From Escherichia phage a48: a stretch of DNA of 64,000 bases. Below the pieces are notes generated by a model, which was not told the DNA's origin, did not search any database, and worked only from the letters and a program-made list of their open reading frames with translations. The translations under genes were made by a program, and so were the position numbers. Location: sequence record OQ067375.1; one strand, 5' to 3'. Positions 61,175-64,000 of the stretch are shown here, one piece after another (the first letter of the stretch is position 1; each line of letters opens with the position of its first letter).

Positions 61175-62143
61175 TTATTTCAGAAGAGTAACCTCAGCAA
61201 TTTCTTCCCAACCGTTTTTGTCGGTCATAATAAAGTCAGCAAGATAAAGAGCAGTACGCAGTGAAACATTGCGTAAACGATTAACATTAACTTTCATCCA
61301 TGATAATGCTTTATAAGTTTCTTCATCAGAAAGACCACGCTTTTGCATCATGTCGGTTGAAAGAATAACATCTTCAACCCTGACCATAATTTCTTCATTA
61401 GTGTGAACACCCAAATCCAAATAAACCGAGCGGGACACTAATGCTTGTAAATGTGGAGCAAGTTTAGTACCACGGTCTAATTCGCGGTCAATGTCAACGT
61501 TTGTGATAAAAACAATCGTTCCTTTAAATTCAAACTCACGCTCAATGCCTTTTTCTTCTAAGTAAGAAGACGCAGTGCTCCAGCAGACTTTACGGGTCTC
61601 TCCAGTGTCCAGAGCAGCTTTCAGAAGATTAAGAATGTCCATATCAGAGAAAACATCCACATCATCAATCAAAAGGACAGAATTCTCTTCACGATTATTC
61701 CAGAGCTGTTCATAAAGACCGATACCAGAGATTTTACCGTTAATGCTTTTATATTCAATGTATCCAATATCATTTGCTTTATTTAAAGCTTTATCTAAAG
61801 AATATGTTTTACCTATACCTGCCGCGCCAGAGATAATTAATGAACGAATATTTCCATTAATAATACCATTCGTCATCATTCCCATAACATTAAATCTTTT
61901 ATTAATGCGGGTTTTCATATCTTCATATGATTCTTTAACTTCTTCAACTTTTACACCATCATATGAAATGTCTGATTTGTAAACCCAAACACCGCGACGC
62001 TTACCGTCAATTTCAACAAAAACTTTACCATCTCCTTGTGCATCTACCGGAGCATTATCTGGGAACCATTCACCTAAGAGCTCAAAAGTTCCAGAGATTT
62101 CTTTACCGAAGTAGATACCCTTATTGATAGTTACAGTTTTCAT
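61175..62143 (-). CDS. Putative AAA+/P-loop ATPase (322 aa from ATG; track start is TTG)
   Basis: Walker A GAAGIGKT and Walker B VLLIDDVD. Confidence 0.55.
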   Translation of the reverse strand: MKTVTINKGIYFGKEISGTFELLGEWFPDNAPVDAQGDGKVFVEIDGKRRGVWVYKSDISYDGVKVEEVKESYEDMKTRINKRFNVMGMMTNGIINGNIRSLIISGAAGIGKTYSLDKALNKANDIGYIEYKSINGKISGIGLYEQLWNNREENSVLLIDDVDVFSDMDILNLLKAALDTGETRKVCWSTASSYLEEKGIEREFEFKGTIVFITNVDIDRELDRGTKLAPHLQALVSRSVYLDLGVHTNEEIMVRVEDVILSTDMMQKRGLSDEETYKALSWMKVNVNRLRNVSLRTALYLADFIMTDKNGWEEIAEVTLLK

Positions 62144-62177
62144 TTTATTCTCCAAATCCGTATCAGTTGATAGTTGT

Positions 62178-62207
62178 ATAGTACCATAAAGCTTTATGCT
62201 TGTAAAC
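62178..62207 (-). promoter_or_regulatory. Early sigma70-type promoter (GTTTAC / TACTAT)
   Basis: Repeated promoter-leader cassette. Confidence 0.55.
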
Positions 62208-62237
62208 AGTTTTGTGAAAAATTTTTGAAATAAAAAA

Positions 62238-62255
62238 GGGAGCCCGAAGGCTCCC
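62238..62255 (-). terminator. Intrinsic terminator (UUCG hairpin plus T-run)
   Basis: GGGAGCC-CGAA-GGCTCCC followed by T-rich run. Confidence 0.6.
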
Positions 62256-62257
62256 TA

Positions 62258-63271
62258 TCATTTATAATAACTTCGGTGGTTTTCAAGATAGACCTTCTCA
62301 AGGAAGTCATCCCAGAAACTCATGTCTACTGTTTTAGGCATACCGTTCTTAGAAGCTTCAGTAGATGCTGCTTCTACTTGATCGACCACATCTTCCAAAA
62401 ACTCTTGAACGGTTTTAAATGGATGTTTACCCAACTTCACGTCGAGAATAAATGGAGCATCTTGAAGTGGATAAATCAAGTCGCCAGTTTTGTAAATTTC
62501 CAATAGTTGAAGTCCACCACGACAAGCATGACTCAAAGCTTTCCAGTCAATACCTTCATTGGCTTCAGCCTTACGAGCACGTTCACCATATTCAGCATCT
62601 AATTTGTTCAGTGACTGCTTAAGCTCAATAAGAGAAAGAGTTGTCTGATATTTACGACCCAACACTGTGTAAAACGTCTGTGGGCCTGTTTTCTCATGAT
62701 TATGGAACACCCATTCACAGAATTCGTTTTCTGGAAGACGATGCTTAATATCTTCAACTTTAGTGCGACGCTGCTTAATAGAACCATCTTCTTGGTAATC
62801 AACCCATTGCTCGGGGATTTGATTAACTACTTTCAATACATCACGTAATGCAGCCAAACGAGAACCCTTGACACCGTATTTAGAAGCTTGCTTGCGGACA
62901 TATCCTAAATATGATTTCATGTTAGTCGTATAAAAACGAGAACGGTTGTCTTGAATAAACTTCCACACATCAGGCAAATCAGATTTAACCACTAGTTCAG
63001 GTGGAGTGTGAAGCATATCCAATGCTACAGTTTCACCATCTGCCGCTAATTTAAAGAAATATTTAAGACTGTATAGTTCATGGTCAATATCATCTTTAGT
63101 GTTTTTAGATGATGTGTTGTTAGTGTTTTTACTCATGTGCTCTTTGACATTTCCGATAAGAATATCGCGAGCAGGAGGAACAAAGATTTCTTTAAAATCT
63201 ACATCAGATTCTGGGGTAGAAGTTCCATAAAGATGACTACCAAAATAGCTTTTCATTACTGTTTTCATCAT
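62258..63271 (-). CDS. Putative nucleotidyltransferase, Pol-beta superfamily (337 aa)
   Basis: N-terminal GSHLYGTSTPESDVD matches the G[SG]x(9-13)DxD NTase motif. Confidence 0.5.
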   Translation of the reverse strand: MMKTVMKSYFGSHLYGTSTPESDVDFKEIFVPPARDILIGNVKEHMSKNTNNTSSKNTKDDIDHELYSLKYFFKLAADGETVALDMLHTPPELVVKSDLPDVWKFIQDNRSRFYTTNMKSYLGYVRKQASKYGVKGSRLAALRDVLKVVNQIPEQWVDYQEDGSIKQRRTKVEDIKHRLPENEFCEWVFHNHEKTGPQTFYTVLGRKYQTTLSLIELKQSLNKLDAEYGERARKAEANEGIDWKALSHACRGGLQLLEIYKTGDLIYPLQDAPFILDVKLGKHPFKTVQEFLEDVVDQVEAASTEASKNGMPKTVDMSFWDDFLEKVYLENHRSYYK

Positions 63272-63729
63272 TCAGCCTTATATTCAATAACAGGACACAC
63301 TTTAGCTTTACGAGCTTTTAAAAATTCAACGATAATCGATTTCTTAGGTTGAATAGGAGGTAAACCTTTATACGCCCTATCAATATTTTCTACGTGTAAA
63401 GCATAATCCTTTTTCCATTTATAATCTTTATATTTTTCACGCAAATGTGCAGGAATAACAAATGAACCGATAATAAGTAAAACAACCAAAAGCGCAAGTA
63501 TAAATGCTGATGGAAGCAAAGTCCATAAACTACCAAAAATAAGCCAACGCTGTAGGCTTTCTGCACAAATAATTGTTAGCCCTACGAGTATAGCACATCC
63601 AAAAATAGAAACGAAAAATGTAGGAATGGCAATAGACCAAAAATATGCGCATAGTGTCTTAGGTCGTTGCCATTCATCGTTAAACAATTTGAATAATTTA
63701 TAGTGCCAAGAGTTTTCATTAATAATCAT
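63268..63729 (-). CDS. Hypothetical membrane protein (153 aa)
   Basis: Multiple hydrophobic segments. Confidence 0.5.
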   Translation of the reverse strand: MIINENSWHYKLFKLFNDEWQRPKTLCAYFWSIAIPTFFVSIFGCAILVGLTIICAESLQRWLIFGSLWTLLPSAFILALLVVLLIIGSFVIPAHLREKYKDYKWKKDYALHVENIDRAYKGLPPIQPKKSIIVEFLKARKAKVCPVIEYKAE

Positions 63730-63731
63730 AA

Positions 63732-63995
63732 TTATCCTTTCATTGAAGGCGTAACGGTTGTTAAATACTTAATCATAGCTTCAGCTTCTGATTTTGATAA
63801 TGAAATTTCTTCATTGTTTTGACGAATAGAAATAAAATCCGGATGACGGTCACCACCAGCTTTTAAAACACACATATAAGTATCAGTTTCATCTTCAATA
63901 TCTGAAATGATTGAAGCAGTTCCACATGAATGTGGTTTTTGATAAATCAATACAGCTTTTCTTCCACCGTTTGACTGTTCATAAACTTTTAACAC
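63732..63995 (-). CDS. Hypothetical protein (87 aa)
   Basis: ORF at window end. Confidence 0.4.
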   Translation of the reverse strand: MLKVYEQSNGGRKAVLIYQKPHSCGTASIISDIEDETDTYMCVLKAGGDRHPDFISIRQNNEEISLSKSEAEAMIKYLTTVTPSMKG

Positions 63996-64000
63996 ATCAA

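Noticed and set aside
1-64000. CRISPR array, tRNA genes, integrase or transposase
   Set aside because: The repeats present are promoter-leader cassettes and terminator hairpins, not spacer-interleaved direct repeats; no tRNA-like cloverleaf regions or recombinase ORFs were recognised

Overview
This window is a near-contiguous block of a T-even (T4-like, Tequatrovirus) phage genome: the end of the late tail-fibre operon on the + strand (gp37 C-terminus, gp38 adhesin, holin T), followed by about 62 kb of the early/middle region on the - strand in T4 gene order (asiA, arn, motA, 52, stp, ndd, denB, rIIB, rIIA, 39, dexA, dda, modA, modB, soc, 56, 61, sp, dmd, 41, 40, uvsX, 42, imm, 43, regA, 62, 44, 45, rpbA, 46, 47, a-gt, 55, nrdH, nrdG, nrdD, 49, pin, nrdC and many small ORFs). 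Gene identities rest on my recall of T4 protein lengths, sequences and synteny, not on a database search. Several features are T2/T6-type rather than T4-type: an intact single topoisomerase large-subunit gene (no gene 60 split), a 260-aa Gly-rich gp38 adhesin, an intronless nrdD, and a 282-aa GT-A-like glycosyltransferase where T4 has beta-gt. Regulation is visible as repeated sigma70-type early promoters (GTTTAC, about 18 bp, TATAAT-like), many C(UUCG)G-type RNA hairpins, a late promoter before soc and the gene 43 translational operator. I found no clearly novel multi-gene system; the items most worth follow-up are a frameshift-disrupted member of a four-gene tandem paralog array, an AAA+ ATPase next to a Pol-beta-type nucleotidyltransferase, a duplicated gene 3' end near pin, a sub-threshold FmdB-like zinc-ribbon ORF, and repeated promoter-leader cassettes. 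The ORF track uses GTG/TTG as well as ATG starts, so several starts were moved to the first ATG with a Shine-Dalgarno sequence. Regulatory coordinates are approximate (+/- 2 nt).
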